A model generated the notes under the pieces. It did not search any database. It was not told the origin of the DNA and was given only the letters and a program-made list of their open reading frames with translations. From the NCBI GenBank assembly GCA_963797555.1, contig CAWCPV010000004.1:704001-768000 (forward strand): 64,000 nt of DNA. Reading direction: 5' to 3'. The position numbers and the translations under genes were made by a program. Numbering within the stretch: the first letter of the stretch is position 1; every line of letters starts with the position of its first letter. Below, piece by piece: positions 55,509 to 64,000 of the stretch. This DNA comes from an uncultured Gammaproteobacteria bacterium (GTDB taxonomy: Bacteria; Pseudomonadota; Gammaproteobacteria; CAWCPV01).

Positions 55509-58086
55509 TCACAGCCAGCGCATGGACCCGCACTCGAAGCGGTGGCTGAGCAGCGGGTGATAAGGGTAGATCCGTATCTTGTACGATTGCAGGCCGGGCA
55601 GAGGAATGCCGCGTTCCGGCGAGCACAGGTCCAGCCGGAACAGCGTCTCGCCTTCCAGCGTTCGTCCGGCTGCCGTGAAGTCCAGGCTGTTGGTCGGGAT
55701 GAATTCCCCCAACTCGTTCTCTTTGCCCAGCACGCATTCCACCACCACGTCGTCGGGACCCAGTTCATTGAGGAAGACGGCGACCTCGATAGGGACCGAG
55801 TGCCCGTGCTTCACCCGCAGCGGAGGGGCGCTCACCATCCGGATGCGGATCCCGGACCAGCATTCGGCCGTGCGCTTCTTCCACGCGGCCAACTTCCGCG
55901 ACGGCGCCCCCTCATCGGCGAGCAACTGGGCGCGCTGGCGGCTGGCCGGGCCGTAGTAGTCCCGGACATAGTCCAGGGCCATGCGCTGAGCATTGAAGCG
56001 CGGCATGATCGACTTCATCGAGGCTTTGGACTTGCGCACCCAGCCTTGGGGCTCCCCGTGGCCGTTGCGTGAAAAGTACAGCGGGATGACTTGGTGCTCC
56101 AAGGTGTCCAGGAGCTCCATGCGCCTCTTCGGCGTTGCGCGTGTCCGGGTCGAGGCCCGCGGCGTGGGGAGTGATGGCCCAGCCGTTTTCGCCGTTATAA
56201 GCCTCGCCCCACCAGCCGTCCAGCACGCTGAAGTTGATGACGCCGTTGATGCCGGCTTTCATCCCCGAGGTGCCGCACGCCTCCAGAGGGTACTCCGGGT
56301 TGTTGAGCCACACGTCGACCCCGGGCAGCAGCTTGCGGGCCATGGACAGGTTGTAGTCCTCCAGCAGGATGATCCGGCCCTCGAACTCCGGCCTCATGCT
56401 GATCTCGGCGACCTCGCGGATGAGCTGCTGGCCCGGCCTGTCGTTCGGATGCGCCTTGCCGGCGAAGATGAACAGCATCGGCCGTTGCCGATCGTTCAGC
56501 AGGCGCGCCAGGCGTCGGAAGGTCGGAGAACAGCAGGGTCGCGCGCTTGTAGGTGGCGAAGCGGCGCGCGAAGCCGATGACCAACGTGTCGAGCTGGTGC
56601 GGCGACAGGTGTCTGGTGATGCGCCGGATGTGCGACTCGCTGCAGCCATTGCGCCTGAGCTGGATGATCGCACGATGGCGGGCATCCTCGAGCATCTCCG
56701 CCTTGAGAACCTGGTGGGTGCTCAGATACACGTGGTCCGGGATGCTGTCGATGTGCTGCTCCCAGAACTGCTCGTCGTCCAGCTTGTTGCGCCACCCGGT
56801 CCCGAAATACATGTCGAACAACGCGACCCAGGCGCGTCCCAGGAAGGTCGGAACGTGGATGCCGTTGGTGACATACCCGAGGGGATTTTCCTCCGGCGGG
56901 ACCTCCGGCCAGATATAGGCTTCCATCTCCGCGGCGATGCGCGCCGTGGATGCGACTCACGCCGTTGTGGAACCGGGATCCACGCAGGGCCAGCGCAGTC
57001 ATGTTGAAGCCATGACGGGTGTTGTTGCTCGCGCCTAAAGCCAGGAACCGCGGCTCCGAGATGCCGAGTTGGCGCAAATAGTCGGAAAAATAGGTGCGCA
57101 TCAGACTGTGGTCGAAGATGTCGTGCCCCGCAGGCACTGGTGTGTGGGTCGTGAACACCGTGCACGCTGCGACCAGCTCCAGAGCGCTGTCGAAATCCAT
57201 CCCATCATCGACCCGCTCGCGGCAGCGTTCCAGGACCTGGAAGGCGGCATGTCCCTCGTTCATATGCCAGACGGTGGGCTCCAACCCAGCGCCCGCAGCG
57301 CTTTCACGCCCCCGATCCCGAGACAATCTCCTGCTGGATGCGTGTCTCGCTGTCCCCGCCGTAGAGCTGCATGGTGATGGAGCGGTCCACGTCACGGTTC
57401 GCGGGCAGGTCGCTGTCCAGGAGGTACAGAGTGATGTGCCCGGCGCGGGCGCGCCAGACCTTCAGCTCCACCCGCCGACCGGGAAGATCCAGGAACACGC
57501 GCACCTCTTCCCCGGCGGCGTCGCGCGCAGGGGTCACCGGCAGATCGGCGGAGTGCACGTAGGCATAGTGGGCGATCTGGTCCCCGTGGCAGTCGATGAC
57601 CTGGGTGAAATATCCCTGGCGGTACAGCAGACCGACCGCCACGAACGGCAAGCCCAGATCGCTGACTGCCTTGCAGTAGTCCCCGGTCAGGATCCCCAAG
57701 CCCCCGGCGTAGATGGGGAAGCTCTCGTGGAAGCCGTACTCCGCCGAGAAATAGGCGACGAGGTCCTGCTCCGGGTTGAGGATGCGCTCGACGTGGGCAT
57801 GCACCCGCTCGTTCTTGTAAGTGTCGTAGCCGGAGAGGACGCGATTGTAGTCCTCGAGAAACACCATGTCGTGCGCCGCCGCCTCCAGCTTGTCCTGGGC
57901 GATGCGGCGCAGGAACACCTTGGGGTTGTGGCCGCAAGCCTCCCAGAGATCCTGGTCTAGGCGGTGGAAGAGGGTGCGGACGCCCCGGTCCCAGCTATAG
58001 AAGAGGTCGTTTGCGAGCTCATCGAGGCGCCGGAAACGCTCCGGCAGAATCGGCTGGACCTCGAGGGTGAAGCGGGTACCCGGCAT
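55509..58086 (-). CDS. glgP: Second alpha-glucan phosphorylase, split by several frameshifts
   Basis: [23 protein letters not shown] and EACGTSGMK are spread across five consecutive overlapping ORFs. Confidence 0.88.
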
Positions 58087-58176
58087 TGCATCATCTCGGT
58101 GGTGGAAGGGTGCAGTCGCGATGCAGTGGCCCGCCGCCCGAAGGCGTCATCTCGTCCCGCAAGGGGTACTGCCGTA

Positions 58177-58263
58177 TGGTGCCGAGGGTCGGAGTCGAAC
58201 CGACACGGTGTCGCCACCACCGGATTTTGAGTCCGGCGCGTCTACCAGTTTCGCCACCTCGGC
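58177..58263 (-). tRNA. tRNA-Leu (CAA)
   Basis: 87 nt with long variable arm; anticodon arm CCGGA-CTCAAAA-TCCGG; CCA end. Confidence 0.97.
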
Positions 58264-58699
58264 TCTTTGAGAGGAAGGGTTCTGAGACAGGAACCTAACG
58301 TGTCAGCTCCCGGGCAACAGCCACAGGCTCGTCACGCGACAGCCCCCAGTTTACGTCAATTTGTGGGAGCCCGTCACGCATCGCCGCAACGCGGCTCGTT
58401 GGCCGCGAGGGTATGGTTCGGTCGCGGTGCCGGAGGCACGGCGGACCCGATGGTATAGGGCTGGCTGTCCCGTTGCCCATGGTTGGCCCGGTCCCGTGGC
58501 TGTGACGTAGAGCCCGCAGGCTGCCATTCCCGACTTGGAACGGCGCGACTGAGCGGGGCTCTGGCGGTGCCGGCGTTCCATGACACGGCAGGGCCATCGT
58601 TTTCCGACCGCGACAGCTTGGCCGGGTGTGCCCGCGGGATGCGCTGGTGCAGCGCGGCGGAGCCCCGCGAATGAGACTCGCCTAAACTATGTCCCTCTG

Positions 58700-58806
58700 G
58701 CCATTCGGCAGTCGGCGGGACGCCCCGAAGGGGTGGCGTACCGGGAGGTACGCCATGAACACCGCGCAACGCCGCTATCGGCACGCGCAGCCGGTTTCAC
58801 AGGCTC
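58700..58806. repeat. Second copy of the dispersed palindromic element at 25447-25556
   Basis: GCCATTCGGCA..GGGGTGGCGTAC.GGGAGGTACGCCATGA.CACCGCGCAACGCCGCTATCGG..TTCACAGGCTC. Confidence 0.75.
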
Positions 58807-58932
58807 CGAGCACAGCGCTTCCCGGAGGCGGCAAGCTGTGGGAGGAGGTGAGCCGAGGCGAACCCCTGGGCGGAATGCGCTTCACGATGGCCCCGCGGCA
58901 CGGGCAGAAGGCGCGGGAAGTCCGCCCGTAAA

Positions 58933-59260
58933 TGAGTGCGCCAACTATCTGCCGACCTACAAAGACCTGCTGAAAAACGACGAATACTTGGCCCAGGGAC
59001 TGCCCATCGCCACTGGGGTCATCGAGGGCGCCTGTCGTCACTTGGTCAAGGACCGCATGGACCTCGCCGGCGCGCGTTGGGGTCTGCAACGCGCCGAGGC
59101 CGTTCTGAAGCTGCGCTCGCTCGCCTCCAGCGGCGACTCCGAGTCGTACCGGGAGTTCTACAAGGCCCAGGCGTTAAGGCGCAACCACGCATCACGCTAT
59201 GCCAGCCCCCTGCTACCGGAGGCTGCCTGACCGTTCCCATCGTCCGAAAGAGCCACACCC
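58933..59260 (+). mobile_element. ISKra4-family transposase C-terminal remnant with right end
   Basis: YLAQGLPIATGVIEGACRHLVKDRMD..GARW; candidate end AGAGCCACACCC. Confidence 0.8.
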
Positions 59261-59276
59261 AAAATTATTAGTAGGC

Positions 59277-60194
59277 TCAGGAGTTCCTCGCTAGAAGTGC
59301 GGCGACCCGTTTGGCGATGCGGCAGTCCGGGGCGTCGAACCAACTGAACGCGGGCGAGGGGTTCACCTCGAAGCAGAACCATTCGCCGGCAGGTGATTGA
59401 CGCAAGTCGATCCCGGCCACGGGCAGCTCCAGCGAAGCGGCGAGGACACGGCACCGATCGGCCACCTCCACCGGTACATCCGCCTGGCGTCGACGCACTG
59501 CGGCCCCCTGACGCTCGCTGTATCGGTAGTCATCCGCCTCCGATACGAGCCCGCAGACGTATACATCATCACCGACTACGTGCACCCGGTAGTCAACCCC
59601 CCTCACGTACTCCTGGAACTGCGTGGGACAGACGGCTACCGCCTCGAGCTGCGCCCGTTTCTTCGGGGTCAGACGCGACACAATGCTACGGACGCCGCTC
59701 ACTGATTTGTATACGACATCGCCGAGCCGATCACAAAACTCCTCCGCCGCCTTCGGATCGGTTGTGACCAGCGTTTCCGGCACGGCAAAACCGGCTGCGC
59801 GTATCAGTTCCAATTGGTACGGTTTGGAGCTGTTGGAAGCCATCGCACTCATACGATTGACAACCAGCGCCGAGGTCATTTCGCTCCAGAGCCGTATAGC
59901 CTCGTACACCGCGACCGCGTAACGTCCTTCGGCACTCTGGTACCCGGCCTTGGCCACAGCCGGTATGCCGAGTGGATCGTACGGACGCACGTACGCCGCA
60001 GCGACCTTTTCGAGATCCAGACGCAGACCATCCCATTCGACCACGCACGCGACATCGGCGTCGACGCTGAGCTCGACGTTCGTCTCGAGCACCGCGCGCT
60101 GATCAATGAGCACAGCCGTGCGCTCCATGCGTGCCAATTCGTTCCGGACGGAGGCGATCGGGCGATCGCCCGCCAGTCCCCAGAGGAGGATCAT
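59277..60194 (-). CDS. RimK/MvdD-like ATP-grasp ligase (graspetide-synthetase type)
   Basis: VVN..SNSSKPYQL, VPETLVT, VYKS, FQEYVRGVDYRVHVVG, DDYRY, GIDL, FEVNPSP. Confidence 0.88.
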   Translation of the reverse strand: MILLWGLAGDRPIASVRNELARMERTAVLIDQRAVLETNVELSVDADVACVVEWDGLRLDLEKVAAAYVRPYDPLGIPAVAKAGYQSAEGRYAVAVYEAIRLWSEMTSALVVNRMSAMASNSSKPYQLELIRAAGFAVPETLVTTDPKAAEEFCDRLGDVVYKSVSGVRSIVSRLTPKKRAQLEAVAVCPTQFQEYVRGVDYRVHVVGDDVYVCGLVSEADDYRYSERQGAAVRRRQADVPVEVADRCRVLAASLELPVAGIDLRQSPAGEWFCFEVNPSPAFSWFDAPDCRIAKRVAALLARNS

Positions 60195-60985
60195 GCAGTC
60201 TCCATTGCGCTGGCAACCATCCGCACCGGGCGCGCTTCGTGAGGTGCACGTACGAAGTCGCGACACCGGTCGATTAAAGCCTCGGCAACGCTTTCCGCGG
60301 CGACATCGATCCAGAGGCCCGCCTCGAGAAATACCGGTGCCTGCTCTGATCCGCGTTCGAAATACACCCGGAGCAGTTCGACCCCGGCGTCTCGGGCTAA
60401 AGCGATGGCCGCTTGCGCTAACGAAGCCTCGGCGGCACCAGGCGAGCGCCCACCCACCAGGAAAGCACGGTCGCCTACCACATCGACAAAGACCGCATTC
60501 GCGTTGACCCGGCACTCAGCGCCAGACGACCCGCCCGGCGTGTATACGATGCGTTGCCTGACCGGCCGGGTTGCTATCCCGAGCCGTCGTGCCCGTTGTA
60601 CCCACTGGGCAACGCTCCACGAAGGACCTCCCAGATTGGACGGCGACGGACGATTGAGAACGGGGCATTCGAGCGACATGAGCCACGCCACGAGGAACGC
60701 TTGCATCTCGGCCGCGGCATACCTGCGGTCTTCCTCGTGCACATGCGTCAGCTCAGCCTCTCCTACTGCCGGGATACGCGAGATGACCGCGCGGATGTCG
60801 TGGGTTGCGATCACCTGCCCATCGATCACCGCCTCTCCAAGTGCCACTCCGGCCACGTAGCGCCAGCCGGGACGCGACAGGTCCGCGCAGGTGAGGAGCG
60901 CCGCTCGCTCACCCGCGGCGCGCCAATGTTGAACGAGGGCGCGCGCTCCCGCGTCATGCCCGTACGCAAGGACAACGAACATCAT
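60191..60985 (-). CDS. Degenerate ATP-grasp paralog (pre-grasp domain kept, catalytic motifs lost)
   Basis: DRRYAAAEMQAFL..VLNRPS and VDVVGDR are present, but FLEAGLW replaces FLEVNP; 4-bp overlaps on both sides. Confidence 0.65.
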   Translation of the reverse strand: MMFVVLAYGHDAGARALVQHWRAAGERAALLTCADLSRPGWRYVAGVALGEAVIDGQVIATHDIRAVISRIPAVGEAELTHVHEEDRRYAAAEMQAFLVAWLMSLECPVLNRPSPSNLGGPSWSVAQWVQRARRLGIATRPVRQRIVYTPGGSSGAECRVNANAVFVDVVGDRAFLVGGRSPGAAEASLAQAAIALARDAGVELLRVYFERGSEQAPVFLEAGLWIDVAAESVAEALIDRCRDFVRAPHEARPVRMVASAMETA

Positions 60986-61686
60986 TCCGTCCGTGGTTCA
61001 TTAAGTGCCCGCTCGCCCAGCATGGGGCGCTCGTCGGGAGCGATGAAGACACGCTGCTCGGAGTACCTCGGCGGTACGACAAACGGCAGGTTCTCCCCGA
61101 GCGGGTAGTCCAGGTGAAAGCCCTCGCTTATGACGCCAGGCCCATGGTGGTCTGCGTCTTTCTTCTCGGCGGCACCCAGACCGTCCTTGGTCGCCTCTTT
61201 CGCATTCTTGTCAGTATCGTCCTTGTCCTCCTTGTGTTCCTTGCTATCTTTGCTGTCCTTCTGATGTTTGGCTTCCTGGTTATCTTTGGTGTCCTTGGTT
61301 TCTTTAGTGTCCTTGGTTTCTTTAGTGTCTTTAGTATCCTTGGTATCCTTGGTGTCCTTCGACGCTTCTTTCTCCTTGCTGTCCTTTTCCTTGGCGTTGA
61401 GAAGGGTGACGATCTCGTTCAAGCAGACACTTAGCTGCGCCCGCAGCGCGTCGATACAGATGAAAGCGCGGCGCACGTTATCGCCGAGCGCATCGAGGTC
61501 CGCTTCGATCTTATGTAATCGCTCGTTGATGCCTCCCTCTTCGGGGGTCTTCCCCGCCTGCACCAGGCTTTCGCCGTCGATCCAGTCGCGGTGCTGGAAC
61601 GTGCGTACGAAGGTGTAAGCGCAATTCGGATCGGTCGCCTGTACACCGTTCACACACGCGATCTCGAGCGGGTTTGCGTCTGCCAT
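60982..61686 (-). CDS. Protein with N-terminal FxHxDWIDG/coiled-coil domain, K-[D/E]-T repeats and C-terminal FIAPDERP motif; candidate ATP-grasp substrate
   Basis: TAGGAGA RBS before ATG 61686; eight K[DE]T units within a ~75-aa K/D/E-rich tract. Confidence 0.8.
   Translation of the reverse strand: MADANPLEIACVNGVQATDPNCAYTFVRTFQHRDWIDGESLVQAGKTPEEGGINERLHKIEADLDALGDNVRRAFICIDALRAQLSVCLNEIVTLLNAKEKDSKEKEASKDTKDTKDTKDTKETKDTKETKDTKDNQEAKHQKDSKDSKEHKEDKDDTDKNAKEATKDGLGAAEKKDADHHGPGVISEGFHLDYPLGENLPFVVPPRYSEQRVFIAPDERPMLGERALNEPRTE
61283..61359 (-). repeat. 9-bp coding tandem repeat (KDT/KET)
   Basis: AA[AG]GA[ACT]AC[CT] units with variable third codon positions. Confidence 0.9.
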
Positions 61687-61705
61687 TTGCAGTTCTCCTA
61701 TAGAC

Positions 61706-63997
61706 CTACGTCTCGCTAACGCCGCTTGCGCCGACGTGGCGAAGTTGGCGATACGGACGAAATGTGCGCGACAGCCTCGGCGAAAGCGCCTCGGCCGAGC
61801 CGTCGCCGTCCGCGTCGATTTGGTCACGGATCGCCCGGGTGTCGACGATCGTGCCCAGCGGGCGGATCCGTTCGAGCAGGTTCATCAGGAACTCGTATTG
61901 CTCCAGGTTGACGAGCGCTCCGTCGGGAGGCGCAACCCGCAGCTCCAATGGGTCGACCCGTCCACGCGGGTCCGCACTTCCGCGTTTACCGGGTACCGCC
62001 ACAACCACTGCGCACAAGCCGGTCCCGGAGATCCACCCGTTGCGGCTGCCAATCTTGCGTTCGAGCTGCCCTGGTTCGCCGCTCAGCGGCATCAGGTACC
62101 AACGGAAGGAATTCTTTGAACGCGCCGTGAGCAACGTCGCGTCGCCAGGCAGCGTCGTCACCGCCAACACGAGGAGCACGCGGCTGTCGCTGGTCAAAAG
62201 CGGGAGTATCGAGAAGAATCCAGCCTTCTGGAACGCGATGATCAGTGTAAGCAGCGTCTGCGCCGCCGTTGCGTCGTGCGCGATGAGCTTTGCGGCGAGC
62301 GCAGCATCGATTTGTAACGTTGCGACCAGTTCGCTCGGCAACGCCTGCAGCGCAGACTTGGCCCTGTCCACGTCCTGGGCGTCCTTCACCATATGGATGC
62401 GTGCATCGGTCATCGATTGTACCAGCGCGTCGGGTGGCGCCACGGCCAGCCCCCAGGCGGCGCGTTCTTCTGCGCCCGTGAGCAGAATCCATGGCGCGAT
62501 GCCGGCCGCGGCTCGTTCCACGTCTGCATCGAGCAGCGCGAGGACGAGCAGCGCATCGGGTCCCGAATCGAGCGGTGCGTTCCAGCGCGCATCGAGTAGC
62601 GTTTTTCCCGCCGTTACGTTCTTACCGATTACCAGCCCGTGGAATACCAGGTGGGAGACGTAGGTCTTGCTGGCATCGAGCGGATGCACGGTCGGCAGGC
62701 CGCATGGGGCAAGGAGCCAGCGGCCGCGCGGATCCTCGGTCGATGACTTGGGCTGCATTAGAGCGAGGAGCGCGCGGATCTCTGGCGCCGTATCAGGAGC
62801 GATGTTGCCGACCACATGGTTGGCTACCAGCGCGTCCAGCTCCGTCGCCGGCACTGCCTCGACGTCGACACCGAGGCCCAGTTCGTAGCGGCTTCCGCCC
62901 GCATGGTCCTGTGCACGCAGGACGGACCAGCGGCGCGTGCCACCGAGCGCCCGGCGGCACTCGCCCAGGCGATCCAATGCCCGCGCCAGCATGGGCGCGA
63001 TGTGCGCATTAGCGGGAAACTCGAAATTCAGGGCCAGGCGGGCGCGTAAGGCGTTCTCCTCGAGACGCACGTCGCTGGGGAGTAGGCGCGTGTCGGGGAC
63101 GTCGACGCCGGGCTGGAGCAGGAAAGCTTGACGCGCGTAATCCAAGAACGCGGTCCGCGGCGTGTCGTCTGGAGACGAGACCAGGCGCACGGCAACGAGG
63201 AACTCGGTGTCCGGCTCGGCGATGGTCAAGCGGTGCGTTACGCCCATCCGCGACAGAAGGCCCGCGTTGCCGCCGGTGCCCGGCCCGTTGATCACGCCCT
63301 CGACTGCGCGGCGCGACGAGCGCAAGAACGGGCGGTAGATGCTGAGGCGCGCGCGGAACGACGCGTCGGCCTCGCCTTGCGGTACGATGGTGGGCGCGCG
63401 CAGCGTCGCATCCCACACCAGGCGTGCGTTGAAACGCGGTACGCCCAACTCCGCACCAAGGCGGTCGAGCGCGGCGCCGCGTGCTTCGGCAAGTCGACGG
63501 GCGGCATAGATCTCGTTCGCCTCGCGTCTGAGGCGCATCTTCTCCGAGCCGATCACATAGAGCAGGCGCGCCAGGTTTCCCTCGACGACGCGCAGATCGA
63601 AGAGATCGCCCATTGCCGCAGACTCGCCTCCGACGCCCGGATCGAGGAACACGTCGAATGGCGTGGCGAAGTCGAGATCCATCGAGGCATCACCAGGGCG
63701 GTAGGCTAGAACTGACGCCCCCGCCTCCGTGTACGGCGCGAAACGCACGACCGCCGGCTCCACGGCCTCGCCGCTCGATTGGGTGATGTGGACGGTGCAG
63801 GCGAGTGCTTCAGCGCCGACCGCTCCCTTTGTCGAGACGAGGAGCAGCGGCAGCCTTGCCTTCCAGTCGACCCGGGCGGCGCCTGCCGCGTCGACGACCA
63901 GCTTGGTCTCGACCGCGCCTCCAGTGAACGGTCCGCTCAGGTGAGCGAACATGCTCTCGTGAGCCGCCGATCGATTGGGGTCCGGATGCAGGCTCAT
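61706..63997 (-). CDS. Large protein with a phage baseplate-wedge/tail-like motif (may start beyond the window)
   Basis: LAEARGAALDRLGAELGVPR..GEADASFRARL and C-terminal LLERIRPLGTIV resemble baseplate wedge motifs. Confidence 0.6.
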   Translation of the reverse strand: MSLHPDPNRSAAHESMFAHLSGPFTGGAVETKLVVDAAGAARVDWKARLPLLLVSTKGAVGAEALACTVHITQSSGEAVEPAVVRFAPYTEAGASVLAYRPGDASMDLDFATPFDVFLDPGVGGESAAMGDLFDLRVVEGNLARLLYVIGSEKMRLRREANEIYAARRLAEARGAALDRLGAELGVPRFNARLVWDATLRAPTIVPQGEADASFRARLSIYRPFLRSSRRAVEGVINGPGTGGNAGLLSRMGVTHRLTIAEPDTEFLVAVRLVSSPDDTPRTAFLDYARQAFLLQPGVDVPDTRLLPSDVRLEENALRARLALNFEFPANAHIAPMLARALDRLGECRRALGGTRRWSVLRAQDHAGGSRYELGLGVDVEAVPATELDALVANHVVGNIAPDTAPEIRALLALMQPKSSTEDPRGRWLLAPCGLPTVHPLDASKTYVSHLVFHGLVIGKNVTAGKTLLDARWNAPLDSGPDALLVLALLDADVERAAAGIAPWILLTGAEERAAWGLAVAPPDALVQSMTDARIHMVKDAQDVDRAKSALQALPSELVATLQIDAALAAKLIAHDATAAQTLLTLIIAFQKAGFFSILPLLTSDSRVLLVLAVTTLPGDATLLTARSKNSFRWYLMPLSGEPGQLERKIGSRNGWISGTGLCAVVVAVPGKRGSADPRGRVDPLELRVAPPDGALVNLEQYEFLMNLLERIRPLGTIVDTRAIRDQIDADGDGSAEALSPRLSRTFRPYRQLRHVGASGVSET

Positions 63998-64000
63998 CGC

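Noticed and set aside
1-64000. CRISPR array
   Set aside because: No regularly spaced repeat-spacer series seen; the tandem repeats found are coding.

Overview
GC-rich bacterial chromosome segment, probably from a gammaproteobacterium (gene orders lptG-lptF-pepA-holC-valS and tRNA-Glu-pcnB-folK-dNK-panBCD). Positions 1-10.5 kb form a defence-type island: TM0106-like nuclease, ParE toxin-antitoxin (TA) pair, DUF433/PIN TA, McrBC-like pair, a lower-GC orphan and a NERD-SF1 helicase. Next come glgP-pgm, corA and an Lhr-like helicase, then a patchwork of gene scraps at 21.8-23.3 kb. Core genes fill 23.5-38 kb. A mobile hotspot downstream of tRNA-Glu (38-43.2 kb) holds an inverted-repeat-bounded chimeric duplication, an ORF-less group II intron, an IS1380 element and two orphans sharing an upstream structured motif. 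The pan, ppc and glycogen genes follow, then tRNA-Leu. The best candidate for an undescribed system is at 59.3-64 kb: a baseplate/tail-like gene, a protein with K-[D/E]-T tandem repeats, a degenerate ATP-grasp and an intact MvdD-like (graspetide-type) ATP-grasp ligase, all on the minus strand. Many single-base frameshifts, including in housekeeping genes, suggest assembly indel errors. No CRISPR array and no reverse transcriptase gene were seen. Family assignments come from motif recognition by eye, not database searches.
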